64,000 nt of DNA from a virus, in the IMG/VR virus record IMGVR_UViG_3300032242_000818, positions 32,001-96,000 of that record; one strand, written 5' to 3'. The translations under genes and the position numbers were made by a program. Each line of letters opens with the position of its first letter. Position 1 is the first letter of the stretch. Shown here in pieces: positions 36,001 to 46,037 of this stretch. Under the pieces are notes generated by a model, which had not been told where the DNA came from, did not search any database, and saw only the letters and a list, made by a program, of their open reading frames with translations.

Positions 36001-36532
36001 GTTGTTTTTGATTCTCTGCAAGACTGAATAAGGTTACGCAACCACCCTTACCCTTGCGATTAACAGCCTTATTGATAGTTGTATCAGAGTAATCGTAGTC
36101 AGCATCTGCATAAGTATCTCCACCTATACGAAAGATAGATAACTGACACCCACTCTTTTGAGCACCCCAAAACTTAAATCCAAGTCGTTCATAGAAACCA
36201 ACTGCCGTCTTCTCGGATGATACTCTAAAGTAAAGAGCACCATTAGATCTTGCACGCTTCAATGAATCTTCACATAATAATCTTGCAGAACCTTTGCCTC
36301 TATGTTTTGAAAATGTATGTAAGAGTTGTAAGTTTGCTACGTGAGGTTTGGTCTTTGAGATTGTAGTAATTATGGCAGCAGTTAATTCATTACCATCATA
36401 TACGCCAATACAGCAATTCCATTGATCCTGCATATCTGCTTTGGCAACAAATGTTTTGGCAAAGTTATCTTCTTTGTCTTCAGTAATTGCTGCTATAAAA
36501 TCAGCACGTGAACACTTAGACAACTTCAACAT
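35978..36532 (-). CDS. GNAT family acetyltransferase
   Basis: HRGKGSARLL (motif A), AVGFYERLGF (motif B). Confidence 0.88.
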   Translation of the reverse strand: MLKLSKCSRADFIAAITEDKEDNFAKTFVAKADMQDQWNCCIGVYDGNELTAAIITTISKTKPHVANLQLLHTFSKHRGKGSARLLCEDSLKRARSNGALYFRVSSEKTAVGFYERLGFKFWGAQKSGCQLSIFRIGGDTYADADYDYSDTTINKAVNRKGKGGCVTLFSLAENQKQLDFHSFL

Positions 36533-37400
36533 ATGTTCTTACTTTTTCTCCGCGATCTTCTGGATGTTTAGTTTTCTCCCAGCCAATAAACTGAAGTAGA
36601 TCCCACTGCATTGGAGGGAATGTATAATGATTGTTTGAAATTAATTCTAATACACTTTGACCATCATTCAATGCAGCATCAAGGAAGTCTTGAACGAAAC
36701 GAAAACAAGATTCAAGTTCAGTACGATCCATTGTACCACGAAATAATCTAAACTCTACAGTATCAATATGCTTCAGTGCGTACATATTAATAGCGTAGCG
36801 GAATGGGCGACCCATTGATACTCCATCTTTACCAGCAGCGTGCATCTTAATGAATGAATCAAAGTCAGTTGCTTTGTTGATAATGTTATCTGACATATAG
36901 TCAGGCATTGCTCGACCACCATCAAACTTCAAATACATCTTTGCGCCTTTGGCACCTTTCATTTGGTTATGCTCAAAGTAACCATAGACGTGCTCAATAG
37001 TATCTGTTTGGTTTTCTTTAATGTATTTTGTTAATCGTTTCAATGCTTCGATATCGTCCCTAAGACCAGGAACTCTACAATGAATATGAGTGTGAGCGGT
37101 AACACCCACAGTGGGAGGAGTGCCATTATCATCAAACATTTTATAAAGTTCAAAATATCTGTCAACCTGTTCTTCCCAAGTCTTAGTAGGTTTTGTATTA
37201 ATCTCACCACCAACTGGTGGAGTTTCTCCAAGTGGGTCAGCGCAGACATATTTGTATGGTTCTCTTAGGTTAATAATATCTCGTTCTGAGTATTCCCAAG
37301 AACCAAGATGCTCTGGAATGGAAAAAGAGCGAGGAACATCACCCCACTCTATTTCCATACCGTATGTATATTTGTCAGTTGGATATGGTTTCAGTTTCAT
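36516..37400 (-). CDS. putative amidoligase (carboxylate-amine ligase, GCS2-like fold)
   Basis: TYGMEIE, GEINT.P, HTHIH, RYAIN, TVEFRLFRGT. Confidence 0.8.
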   Translation of the reverse strand: MKLKPYPTDKYTYGMEIEWGDVPRSFSIPEHLGSWEYSERDIINLREPYKYVCADPLGETPPVGGEINTKPTKTWEEQVDRYFELYKMFDDNGTPPTVGVTAHTHIHCRVPGLRDDIEALKRLTKYIKENQTDTIEHVYGYFEHNQMKGAKGAKMYLKFDGGRAMPDYMSDNIINKATDFDSFIKMHAAGKDGVSMGRPFRYAINMYALKHIDTVEFRLFRGTMDRTELESCFRFVQDFLDAALNDGQSVLELISNNHYTFPPMQWDLLQFIGWEKTKHPEDRGEKVRTYVEVV

Positions 37401-38082
37401 AATCTACTTTCTGTAAATCTGGTTTGTTAGTTTTAACAAGATTAACATTCATTGTCATATTTGAATCAAATGTCAAGTAAGTGTTCATTGGCACTTCAAC
37501 TGCTGGAATTCTAATACCTGCACGTTTAGGAATATCCGCAGTAGAAGTAATTATAACTCCATTCACTAAAGAAGTCAAATATAATGGACGCTTACCATTT
37601 CTGAAAACAACAAGATGTTTATCATTAACTGATAACTCACAAACTGCCATAGATGCATCTGGATATTCACCAAGAGCATTTGCAGAATGTAAAACAAGTT
37701 CTGAATCATTCTTTGTTTCACAAGGGTAATGAAATAACTTACCCCAATTCTCTGGGAGTTCTTGAGTGATAACTCCGTTGTGAACAATAGAATGTGTTTC
37801 GCTTGCTATCGGCTGGTTATACAATAAATCGCTAGTACTATATCTACAGTGACCAATAAGGTAAAGATTACCGTCATCATTAACCATCTCCTCTAAATTA
37901 TCTAGATGAACAAATTTATCCGCAGGAACTGATTCCTTAAATGTAGTAATCCTACCATCTTTGATATAAGATAAACCAGTTGCATGCATTCCTCTAATCT
38001 TGGACTCGAGGAACACTTTACGGATAGATTCAAAATCCTTGGCAGTAGGATTCTGAATCAAAGCACCAATAACACTACACAT
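37375..38082 (-). CDS. class II (Ntn) glutamine amidotransferase domain protein
   Basis: MC start, RG..ATG, GHCRYST, NQP, HNGVI, NDSE, RN..RPL. Confidence 0.88.
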   Translation of the reverse strand: MCSVIGALIQNPTAKDFESIRKVFLESKIRGMHATGLSYIKDGRITTFKESVPADKFVHLDNLEEMVNDDGNLYLIGHCRYSTSDLLYNQPIASETHSIVHNGVITQELPENWGKLFHYPCETKNDSELVLHSANALGEYPDASMAVCELSVNDKHLVVFRNGKRPLYLTSLVNGVIITSTADIPKRAGIRIPAVEVPMNTYLTFDSNMTMNVNLVKTNKPDLQKVDYETETISN

Positions 38083-38678
38083 TATTTTAACTCCAAAAAT
38101 GACATTGTGTTTTCTATACCAATACTTCCTTTAAAGAATGTATTAAAAGATAATGAAATTCTATTTTCAGAAGATAGATTAGTATCTACCGAATGTGTTA
38201 GATCAGAAGGAAACAAAATTAACATACCTTTTTTTACATTTAAATTAAATTTTTTACAATTGAATTGATTAACTATTTTTGTATTATAAAATAAATTATT
38301 TTCTTTTTTCTTGTACAATTTTATGCTTTCTGGGATGTCAGGACTAATATAATAAACTCCACTGATTATACTATTATCGTGTGTATGCATATGGTGTGAT
38401 GTGTTTGGTTTATTAACATTTATCCATGATTGTGTTACTACTAATGATACATCTGTTTCTGGACATAAAACATTTTGAACATATTCATCTAACTTTTCAG
38501 AAATCTTTTCAGATATCTCAGGCATACTATTTAAAACATATGTGTTTAAACTGTAAGAATTCCCAGAATAATGATTAAACTCAGTTTCTAATGAATTAAC
38601 AAATTCTAATTCATTATCGTTTAATAATCCAACATCTTCAATATAAAGTGGAATTGGAAATAATGGCAAGAGAGTCAT
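38082..38678 (-). CDS. putative 2OG-Fe(II) oxygenase (TIGR02466-like)
   Basis: LFP.P, QSWIN, HH.HTH.NS.ISGVYY, LFPS.L.HSV, RISLSFN; AT-rich. Confidence 0.85.
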   Translation of the reverse strand: MTLLPLFPIPLYIEDVGLLNDNELEFVNSLETEFNHYSGNSYSLNTYVLNSMPEISEKISEKLDEYVQNVLCPETDVSLVVTQSWINVNKPNTSHHMHTHDNSIISGVYYISPDIPESIKLYKKKENNLFYNTKIVNQFNCKKFNLNVKKGMLILFPSDLTHSVDTNLSSENRISLSFNTFFKGSIGIENTMSFLELK

Positions 38679-39991
38679 TAAAAGAAACTTTCTAGTGAAG
38701 AAGCATTAGATTCTGGATGATACTTATGAAGTTCTTCAGTACCAAGTTTAGATTCTACGTAATCATACCATTCTTGAGTAGTCCACATACCCTCAGAAAC
38801 ACCATTCCATAGTGGTTTCCATAAAGGATGTTCTTTATTCAATCTACGAGATTCAACAAAGTTATAACGGCATTCTTCATACTCATGAGAACCAAGATCT
38901 AGCATCTTCTCACGGAAATAACATACCAATGATACACGCTCAGAACCTTCGTCACATTTGATTTCAGTATTACCGTGCATAACTTCATGATTATTAATTA
39001 AGAGCAAGTCACCTGGACGAACATTAACTGCAACACGATACTCAGGGGCAATCAAATATCCTCCAGTATACTTACCATCATTAGATAATGTTAGCAAGTT
39101 AGATAGACCTGAATTCAAATCACCTGCATCATAATGAGCAGCAGTTCTAAATGTTTTATTGACAGTGATAGTTGTAAATGGAGTTCCAGGAACAAGGAAT
39201 CTTGGATCTAGTTTTGATGCTGCTTCCATTTGTGCAGCAAATCGTTCTGGTAAAAGATTCTTAAAACCTTCAGAAAGATTTTGAAGGAATGGATATGACA
39301 TTTGAAACTTCTCAAAATTGTCACGGGTATAAGAAGTTGCACGACCATAAGGGATACGTGGGTAACGATCAAACCAACCAGCAATACCTGAGTTAACAGC
39401 ACTACCATAGGTAGTTGTGCTAACCATCTTCATGACTTCTTCAGTAGCCTTTGCTCGTTCTTCGCGTGTAAAAGTTTTAATTGAATCAAGCCATGCTTCA
39501 AAATCAAACTTACCACGGAAACGAGAGATGACCCATACATTATTTTTACCATCACCACCAGCCATCTTCTTATCTACTTCACGTGGATATTTGGCACGAA
39601 CAGTATCGATGACATCTTCATTATCAAGAGCAGAGTTACGATTCTTAATGAGGGCACGCATCATCTCATCTTGATAGTTTGTTACCCATTCTCTTCCTTC
39701 AGTTGTGGCAAGAATGCCATCTTTGATACCAGAAGCAAGTCCTCGATTCTCTGTTCGAATAGCTGCTTCTCTAAGTCCGACATATGCTGCATCTTGCTGC
39801 TCTTTACTAAAATAATTTTTACGAAACTTCAATACGATTCGTTTTTCTGAGATTGGATCTTCACCAAATTGTGGTGGCATATAAACATCAGTATCTTCTT
39901 CAATAAGAAAATCATAATTTGATTCGTCAACAAACTTACCAAGAAGATGTTCACAATTATGTTTTTGTTCAGCTACAATTATCTTAACCAT
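38678..39991 (-). CDS. TET/JBP-family DNA pyrimidine dioxygenase
   Basis: SGIAG.FDR, FTTIT.N..FRTAAHYDAGD (HxD), HGNT, RVSLVCYFRE. Confidence 0.85.
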   Translation of the reverse strand: MVKIIVAEQKHNCEHLLGKFVDESNYDFLIEEDTDVYMPPQFGEDPISEKRIVLKFRKNYFSKEQQDAAYVGLREAAIRTENRGLASGIKDGILATTEGREWVTNYQDEMMRALIKNRNSALDNEDVIDTVRAKYPREVDKKMAGGDGKNNVWVISRFRGKFDFEAWLDSIKTFTREERAKATEEVMKMVSTTTYGSAVNSGIAGWFDRYPRIPYGRATSYTRDNFEKFQMSYPFLQNLSEGFKNLLPERFAAQMEAASKLDPRFLVPGTPFTTITVNKTFRTAAHYDAGDLNSGLSNLLTLSNDGKYTGGYLIAPEYRVAVNVRPGDLLLINNHEVMHGNTEIKCDEGSERVSLVCYFREKMLDLGSHEYEECRYNFVESRRLNKEHPLWKPLWNGVSEGMWTTQEWYDYVESKLGTEELHKYHPESNASSLESFF

Positions 39992-40000
39992 ATCTTTCTC

Positions 40001-41398
40001 CTAAAACTTAAACCCACTGAAACCTTCTGCTTTCTGTCTCTTTCCAAACTCACTCTTATCAAACATAGGAACATCAACTTCCTTTGTCTGCCCAGAGTCA
40101 GATAAACCTACTTGAGCAGATGCTTCAACATCATATAACTTCATCTTCGCTCGATCAACTCCGATAACAAATCTCTTATAGAAACTAGGATCGTTGTAAC
40201 GATTCTTTAATTGTTTCACAATAATCTGATTCAGTTGTTCAAGTTCTTCATTTGAAACTAACGCAAACATCAAGTCAGCAGTGGCAGGTAATCCAAACGA
40301 TTCAGAAGTATCTTCCAAACCTGGATCGCTATTTGTAAATCCACTTCGAGTAGTTTGTGTGGCTGAAACGATTGGAACATTATATTCAACAGCCAAACCA
40401 CGCAACTCCTCAGCGATGGACTTAATATATGTATAAGAATTAATACTTCCACCTTGCTTCATACGCTGGCTTGCGCAAATGTTTAGATAGTCAATGAAGA
40501 TAATATCAGGTAAGAACTCACGCTTCAACTTCAACTCTTCAAGCAATGCTCTAAAGTGCCCAGCATGCGCACCTGCAGTTGGATATTCTTTAACGATTAA
40601 TTTACCTTGAGTCTTACTTGAGATTTTCTTAATACGATTATCAAAGATATCTTTATCAATAACTTTCAACTCATCCATGGTAAGGTTCAACAAGTTGGCA
40701 TCGATACGTTCAGCGATTCGTTCCTCAGCCATTTCCATAGTAATGTAAAGAACATTCTTACCTTGAACTAAAACACCAGCAGCCACGTGACACATAAACA
40801 AAGATTTACCAACACCAGTGCCAGCCAATACGATGTTAAGGGTTTTCTTCGATAGACCACCCTTAGTGATCTTGTTAAACATATCCAAATCGAAAGGCAA
40901 CTTCTCTTCAACCCTATGATAATATTCATAACGAGCATCACTATCTTCGATATAGTCATGACCAACATGGTTATCAAAAGAAACGGCAAGAGCATCAGAG
41001 AGTATAGAAGGAATTGAGTCCTTGGTGTGGACTTTATCTCCTCCATCGATGATTTTAATAGAGTGTAGAATCGCATTATAAACTGCCTTATCTTTACAAA
41101 ATTTCTCAGTTTGTTCCATCATCCAAGAATCATTAACTTCCTCATGAGTCATTGTTTCTACGTAAGTATTAATGTCAGAAAGTTCTTTGTCATTAATGTC
41201 AGTTCGATTACCAACTTCAATAGAAAGAATTTCTTTTGTTAATGGCTTATTATATTTGGTAAAGAAATCCACAATGATCTTAGCAATGATTGCTTCTTTT
41301 CTTTCAGAGAAATAATCAGTGCGGATAAAAGGGATTACTTTACGACAATATTCTTCATCATATACAAGATTAGTTAAAATCTTTGTTTCAATTCTCAT
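40001..41398 (-). CDS. gp41: replicative DNA helicase (T4 gp41-like)
   Basis: AGTGVGKS, TMEMAE, IDYLNI, SATQTTR, SESFGLPATAD, KQLKNRY. Confidence 0.97.
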   Translation of the reverse strand: MRIETKILTNLVYDEEYCRKVIPFIRTDYFSERKEAIIAKIIVDFFTKYNKPLTKEILSIEVGNRTDINDKELSDINTYVETMTHEEVNDSWMMEQTEKFCKDKAVYNAILHSIKIIDGGDKVHTKDSIPSILSDALAVSFDNHVGHDYIEDSDARYEYYHRVEEKLPFDLDMFNKITKGGLSKKTLNIVLAGTGVGKSLFMCHVAAGVLVQGKNVLYITMEMAEERIAERIDANLLNLTMDELKVIDKDIFDNRIKKISSKTQGKLIVKEYPTAGAHAGHFRALLEELKLKREFLPDIIFIDYLNICASQRMKQGGSINSYTYIKSIAEELRGLAVEYNVPIVSATQTTRSGFTNSDPGLEDTSESFGLPATADLMFALVSNEELEQLNQIIVKQLKNRYNDPSFYKRFVIGVDRAKMKLYDVEASAQVGLSDSGQTKEVDVPMFDKSEFGKRQKAEGFSGFKF

Positions 41399-41691
41399 TC
41401 AGTTCCGCCAGTGTAAGTAATGTTGTTTCTTTGTAGTTCTTCTGCCATAATAAACTGAAGAAGTTCACCAATATAGAATTCAAATTCTTCTTTGTTGTAC
41501 TCTATCTGATTGTTATGGACTTCATACTCAAAGTTAAGTTTGCAAGTGTCATCAGGTTGCTCGTCAAACTTAACTTTACCGTAAGAATATATTATACCTT
41601 CAAATGGTCCAGAAGTCAACTTTATCGCATCATGTCCTGTTTTGCGATTCTCAACTAGAATATAAGGTTTCGCAAGATGTTCACTCATCAA
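41395..41691 (-). CDS. conserved hypothetical protein between uvsX and gp41
   Basis: GIIYSYGKV.F motif; syntenic with T4 gene 40 position. Confidence 0.6.
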   Translation of the reverse strand: MMSEHLAKPYILVENRKTGHDAIKLTSGPFEGIIYSYGKVKFDEQPDDTCKLNFEYEVHNNQIEYNKEEFEFYIGELLQFIMAEELQRNNITYTGGTE

Positions 41692-42748
41692 ATTCTAGAG
41701 CCTCAAGTGCTTCATCAAGATCATCGCGCATCATTACTTCACCCTGACCAATTGAGTATTTGTTCTTAATGAAATCATAGAAGGTTTTGCTTGTGAGAAT
41801 TGATATCCAAAATTCTTTCGAGTCAGTATCTTTAACACGATATTTTTTATCTTCTACAACCCCATCTTGATCCACCTTACTGTACCAGCCGTTCGATGGC
41901 TTGACCACGTGTCCTGACTCAAGTGCAACGTCAAGTAGACCAGACCACTTAGACAAACCACCATCAAAAGTAACACTAACAGGGATTTTGGATTTTTCTT
42001 TGACATAACGACTTTTCTCCACGTTGATAATAAAGTTATAACCAACAATCTCACTACCTTCTTTCTCTTGCTGACGTCCGAGGATATAGACATTGTCTGC
42101 TGAATACATTGCACCAGTACCACCACCAACGATGGCTTTTGGAAATAAACCGATCTCCATATATGTATGGTTGACAACAACCAGTGGAATATCTTTTAAG
42201 TTCAAGTGTGGTGTTACCATACGGAACAAAGACTTCATTTGTTTTGCTCGAGTCATGTCTGCAGTAGACTTACCTTCTAGTGCGTCATCAACTTCTTTCT
42301 TAGAAGCAAGGTTACCGATTGAGTCAATAACAATAATTAAATGATCACCACGCTCTACGTTTTGTAGTTGTTGCATAATGTCAAACTTTAATTGTTCTAC
42401 ATCGGTAAGTGGAGTATGAACAACTCTGGATGTGTCGATCCCGAAAGTATCAAAGTAAGACTGAGGAGTACCGAACTCGCTATCATAAAAAAGTAAAGCA
42501 GCATCTGGATATTTGTCCAAGTAAGATTTTGCCATCAGTAAACTGAAAGCAGTTTTAAAATGTTTTGATGGACCAGCCCACATAGTAATGCCTGGAGTTA
42601 ATCCACCATCAAGGCGACCTGATAGGGCTACGTTGATAATAGGAACAGAAGTAGGAATCATATCCTTCTTCTTAAAGAACTTTGATTCAGATAGAATCGC
42701 AGAGTCTTTGATAGTTGAATTCTTTTTAATTTTGTCTAAGATGCTCAT
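41681..42748 (-). CDS. uvsX: RecA-like recombinase UvsX
   Basis: AGPSKHFKT, YDSEFG, IDSIGNLASKKE, VNHTY, GGGTG. Confidence 0.97.
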   Translation of the reverse strand: MSILDKIKKNSTIKDSAILSESKFFKKKDMIPTSVPIINVALSGRLDGGLTPGITMWAGPSKHFKTAFSLLMAKSYLDKYPDAALLFYDSEFGTPQSYFDTFGIDTSRVVHTPLTDVEQLKFDIMQQLQNVERGDHLIIVIDSIGNLASKKEVDDALEGKSTADMTRAKQMKSLFRMVTPHLNLKDIPLVVVNHTYMEIGLFPKAIVGGGTGAMYSADNVYILGRQQEKEGSEIVGYNFIINVEKSRYVKEKSKIPVSVTFDGGLSKWSGLLDVALESGHVVKPSNGWYSKVDQDGVVEDKKYRVKDTDSKEFWISILTSKTFYDFIKNKYSIGQGEVMMRDDLDEALEALEFDE

Positions 42749-42749
42749 A

Positions 42750-43001
42750 TTATACCTTTAGAAATTCTAACAATTGTGTTTCATTCATCATACCTGTATG
42801 ACGCTTTATTTCTGTTCCATGTTCATCAAGTAGAATCATAGTAGGAACAGAACGAACCCCATACTCAACTGATGTCATAATTTCATTATCAATATTAATT
42901 TCTTCAATAGGAACAGTAATCTTATCTGCTGCTCCTTTAATAATCATACTTAATCCTTGGCATGGACCGCACCAGTCTGCGTAAAATTTTAATACCTTCA
43001 T
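42750..43001 (-). CDS. thioredoxin
   Basis: WCGPC, VRSVPT. Confidence 0.9.
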   Translation of the reverse strand: MKVLKFYADWCGPCQGLSMIIKGAADKITVPIEEINIDNEIMTSVEYGVRSVPTMILLDEHGTEIKRHTGMMNETQLLEFLKV

Positions 43002-43009
43002 ATAATCTC

Positions 43010-43558
43010 CTATGGGTTGCTCTTTGAATGTGGAACATCAAACACAAATGTGATTCTAGTACAGTCTCCAATGTTTTCTGTTCCGTGTAGTAGTTTATTA
43101 TTGAACCAAAGTAAAGTTCCAGGTTCAACATCATAATGTTCATCACCTACAAAATATCTATATCTTCCTTGGATGGATAGATGATAACGATCTCTTGTAA
43201 GGTAATATTTTCCTTCATCAATATGGCGTCCAACATATCCTCCAACTGGAAGAGATAAGAATCCACAACGACTAAATTTTTTAAAGTTTCTTTTAAGGAA
43301 ACCAACTATCTCTGTGTGATGTTTGATTGCTTCAGTTGGTATACATATCTCACTATCGCCAACAAAGTCTTCTAATTTTTCTACGCCACCAACAACAAGC
43401 TGAAGATTGCCAACTGGTATGTCGTCATATCCTCTATCGATAAGTGATTGAGCACCTTCAATACTTTTCTGAGCCATCCAATCTTCAGGATGTTCTTTTA
43501 GTTGTTTCAATATCTTTGAAACATTAATCCCAGTTTTAATGATACGAATATTATCCAA
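43010..43558 (-). CDS. aspartyl/asparaginyl beta-hydroxylase-like oxygenase
   Basis: HIDEG.YY, RYHL, WFNN...H, RI..VFD. Confidence 0.8.
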   Translation of the reverse strand: MDNIRIIKTGINVSKILKQLKEHPEDWMAQKSIEGAQSLIDRGYDDIPVGNLQLVVGGVEKLEDFVGDSEICIPTEAIKHHTEIVGFLKRNFKKFSRCGFLSLPVGGYVGRHIDEGKYYLTRDRYHLSIQGRYRYFVGDEHYDVEPGTLLWFNNKLLHGTENIGDCTRITFVFDVPHSKSNP

Positions 43559-46037
43559 AGAAATCCTCTAATGAACTTTGTTCTGATGTATTCCAACCCA
43601 GTGGCTCAATAACAATCTGAAGAGCATCGAGAAATACTTTCTCAAATTGTTTATCATAATCTATGTAGGAATGCAATTCAAACTCTGGTGGCAACTCTTG
43701 ACTAAACGCAATGACATCTTCTTGAAATGGATTTGGTTTACGAACATAGACAAACTTAATCTTATCACCATCACGGATTGGTTGATACTTTTTATCAAGA
43801 CCCATCTTCTTGGTGTAGTGATTAAACAATAATGCGCCACGAACATGAATCGGAGTTCCCTTAGAATAGATAGGTGAACCAGCATACTGTTTCATACCAT
43901 TTACGCCACGAGGGAATGCGATATCTTGAACAGGTAGTTTGTCAAACTCTTTACGGAAATCCATAATATAATTCTGAAGATCTGACTGATTACCTTTAAG
44001 AATAACCTCAATCGAGTCACGCAACTTATCACGAATGACTGCAGGTGTTGAAGACTTGACCATCTCAAGACCCATAACTTTAATCTTAGGTTTCGCATAT
44101 TGAACACCTTCAGAGTTATGAACATTAAGAATATATCTTTTCTTGGCAGTCCAGATACCTTTATCAGCAAGAACTTCTCGCTTCATCTGCATCTTTTGAC
44201 TATACGCATTCATATAGTCAGCGAGTTCTTGATAGCCTGTATCAATAAATGGTTGAAAGATACCCTCACAAACCTTATCCATAAACTTAATCTTTTGTTC
44301 ATCAGTTTGGCCAGCACATGCTTGCTCAACTAGAGTTTCAAGAGTAAGATAGATTGAGTCAGTATCAATCGCAACTACATAATCTTTATCCTCAGTCTTG
44401 AGAGTTTTGTTCATGAACGCATTTAACTTGTTAGCCATCCAGCGAATAGATAACTGACCAGAAGTAGTAATACCTTCAGCCATACGGATATCGAAGTATC
44501 GGAAATACTGATTACCCATGGCACCATAAGCAGAGTTCAAAGCAATCTTCATAGCCATCTGAAGATTATTCAAACGAGAAATATCTTTGAGCAAGTGTTT
44601 TTGAGACTTATCTTTCTCATACTCTTGTTGAACTTTCAGCATTTGTTTCTTAAATTTGCTTCGGTCAACATACATCTTTTCCATTAACTCAGGCATGAAC
44701 CCTTTGAACTCTTTTGTATAAGTCCAACCATTTGCAGTCAAAGCAAGATCTCGTTGCTTAACATAAGTTGTATCAATTTCTTGATTCAAAAGTTTGTCAA
44801 CAGTCACGCTAATCTTTTCAGAAGTCAAAGTCTCAGGACTGATATTATACTGCATAATCAAATGCGGATATAATGAGTTCAAATCAAATGAAGCCATCCA
44901 TTTATGAAGACCAATGATTGGATCTTTAACGTACGCACCCTCGAACTGAGCATCTTTACCAGAGTGTGACTTCGCAGGAACAACAATACCCTTCTTGCGT
45001 AAATGGTTATAGATGATTGTATCCCACATACGAACCTGCGAATAAACATCTTCGAAATTAATCTTAGCGTTATATGCCATGGTTAAATGCAGTTCAATCA
45101 AACGCATCTTATCTTCTAGTTTGTCAACCAACTCTACGTCATGAATATTATAATCTACGAATTGTTGCCAGTGATTAGTATAGAAATCCTTGAAAGATTC
45201 TCCTGGATTAACCTTCTTCTTGTCACCAAGTTCTTGTTCAGCGATATAATCAAGGCGATACGATTCTTGTTTAGAATATGTATATTTCTTATACAGTTCA
45301 AGATAATCCAACTGAGCGATACCAATAATGTCATAGTGAATCTCTTCATTACCTTTAATGAAAGTCTTGCGTTCATTGACATAACCCCATGGACTCAATT
45401 TATTAGATTCACCATCACCAAGTTCACGTTCAATCCTACGGATAAGATACGGCATGTCAAAGAAGTCAGTATTCCAACCAGTGATAACATCGGGATGACT
45501 CTTAGTCCAAAACTCTAGAAATTGAATAAGAAGATTATGTTCATCTTTACAGTTAACATAGATTACATCTTCGCGTGGATTGACGTATGCTTTGCTACCA
45601 AAAGTAATAATTCGTTTAGTAGAAAGTTCCTTAACAGTGATTAATAGGATCTCTTCATTGGCAGACTTGATATCAGGGAAACCATTCTCAGTTGAAGTCT
45701 CAATGTCAATGGTAAATACTTTAATCTGCTCCATATCCCAATTGATATCATGGGAATAATTGTCGCTGATGTATTGGTATGCGTAGTTTGAGTTTCCATA
45801 AACATCAAACCCCTGAACACCCTCATATCGTTTAATGAAGTCGCGTGTTTCTTTAATAGTCCCAGGTTGGACTTCATCAACGAATGTTCCCTCCAGTGTC
45901 TTCCACTTGGAGGGTTTCTTTGAAGTTACGTAAAGGGTAGGACTGAAGTCTAGTTTACGTTGGTAGCGTTTACCATTCTCCACACCACGAATGAAAATTC
46001 GATCTCCAATCGGATGCACCGAAGTATAAAATTCCAT
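43551..46037 (-). CDS. gp43: family B DNA polymerase (T4 gp43-like), uninterrupted
   Basis: DIET, GWN..FFD, YNI.DV, SFDLNSLYP, KIALNSAYG, DTDS, KKRY. Confidence 0.98.
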   Translation of the reverse strand: MEFYTSVHPIGDRIFIRGVENGKRYQRKLDFSPTLYVTSKKPSKWKTLEGTFVDEVQPGTIKETRDFIKRYEGVQGFDVYGNSNYAYQYISDNYSHDINWDMEQIKVFTIDIETSTENGFPDIKSANEEILLITVKELSTKRIITFGSKAYVNPREDVIYVNCKDEHNLLIQFLEFWTKSHPDVITGWNTDFFDMPYLIRRIERELGDGESNKLSPWGYVNERKTFIKGNEEIHYDIIGIAQLDYLELYKKYTYSKQESYRLDYIAEQELGDKKKVNPGESFKDFYTNHWQQFVDYNIHDVELVDKLEDKMRLIELHLTMAYNAKINFEDVYSQVRMWDTIIYNHLRKKGIVVPAKSHSGKDAQFEGAYVKDPIIGLHKWMASFDLNSLYPHLIMQYNISPETLTSEKISVTVDKLLNQEIDTTYVKQRDLALTANGWTYTKEFKGFMPELMEKMYVDRSKFKKQMLKVQQEYEKDKSQKHLLKDISRLNNLQMAMKIALNSAYGAMGNQYFRYFDIRMAEGITTSGQLSIRWMANKLNAFMNKTLKTEDKDYVVAIDTDSIYLTLETLVEQACAGQTDEQKIKFMDKVCEGIFQPFIDTGYQELADYMNAYSQKMQMKREVLADKGIWTAKKRYILNVHNSEGVQYAKPKIKVMGLEMVKSSTPAVIRDKLRDSIEVILKGNQSDLQNYIMDFRKEFDKLPVQDIAFPRGVNGMKQYAGSPIYSKGTPIHVRGALLFNHYTKKMGLDKKYQPIRDGDKIKFVYVRKPNPFQEDVIAFSQELPPEFELHSYIDYDKQFEKVFLDALQIVIEPLGWNTSEQSSLEDFFG

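Noticed and set aside
43551-46037. Intein or split in DNA polymerase (also checked gp41, nrdA, uvsX)
   Set aside because: Lengths and motif spacing are normal
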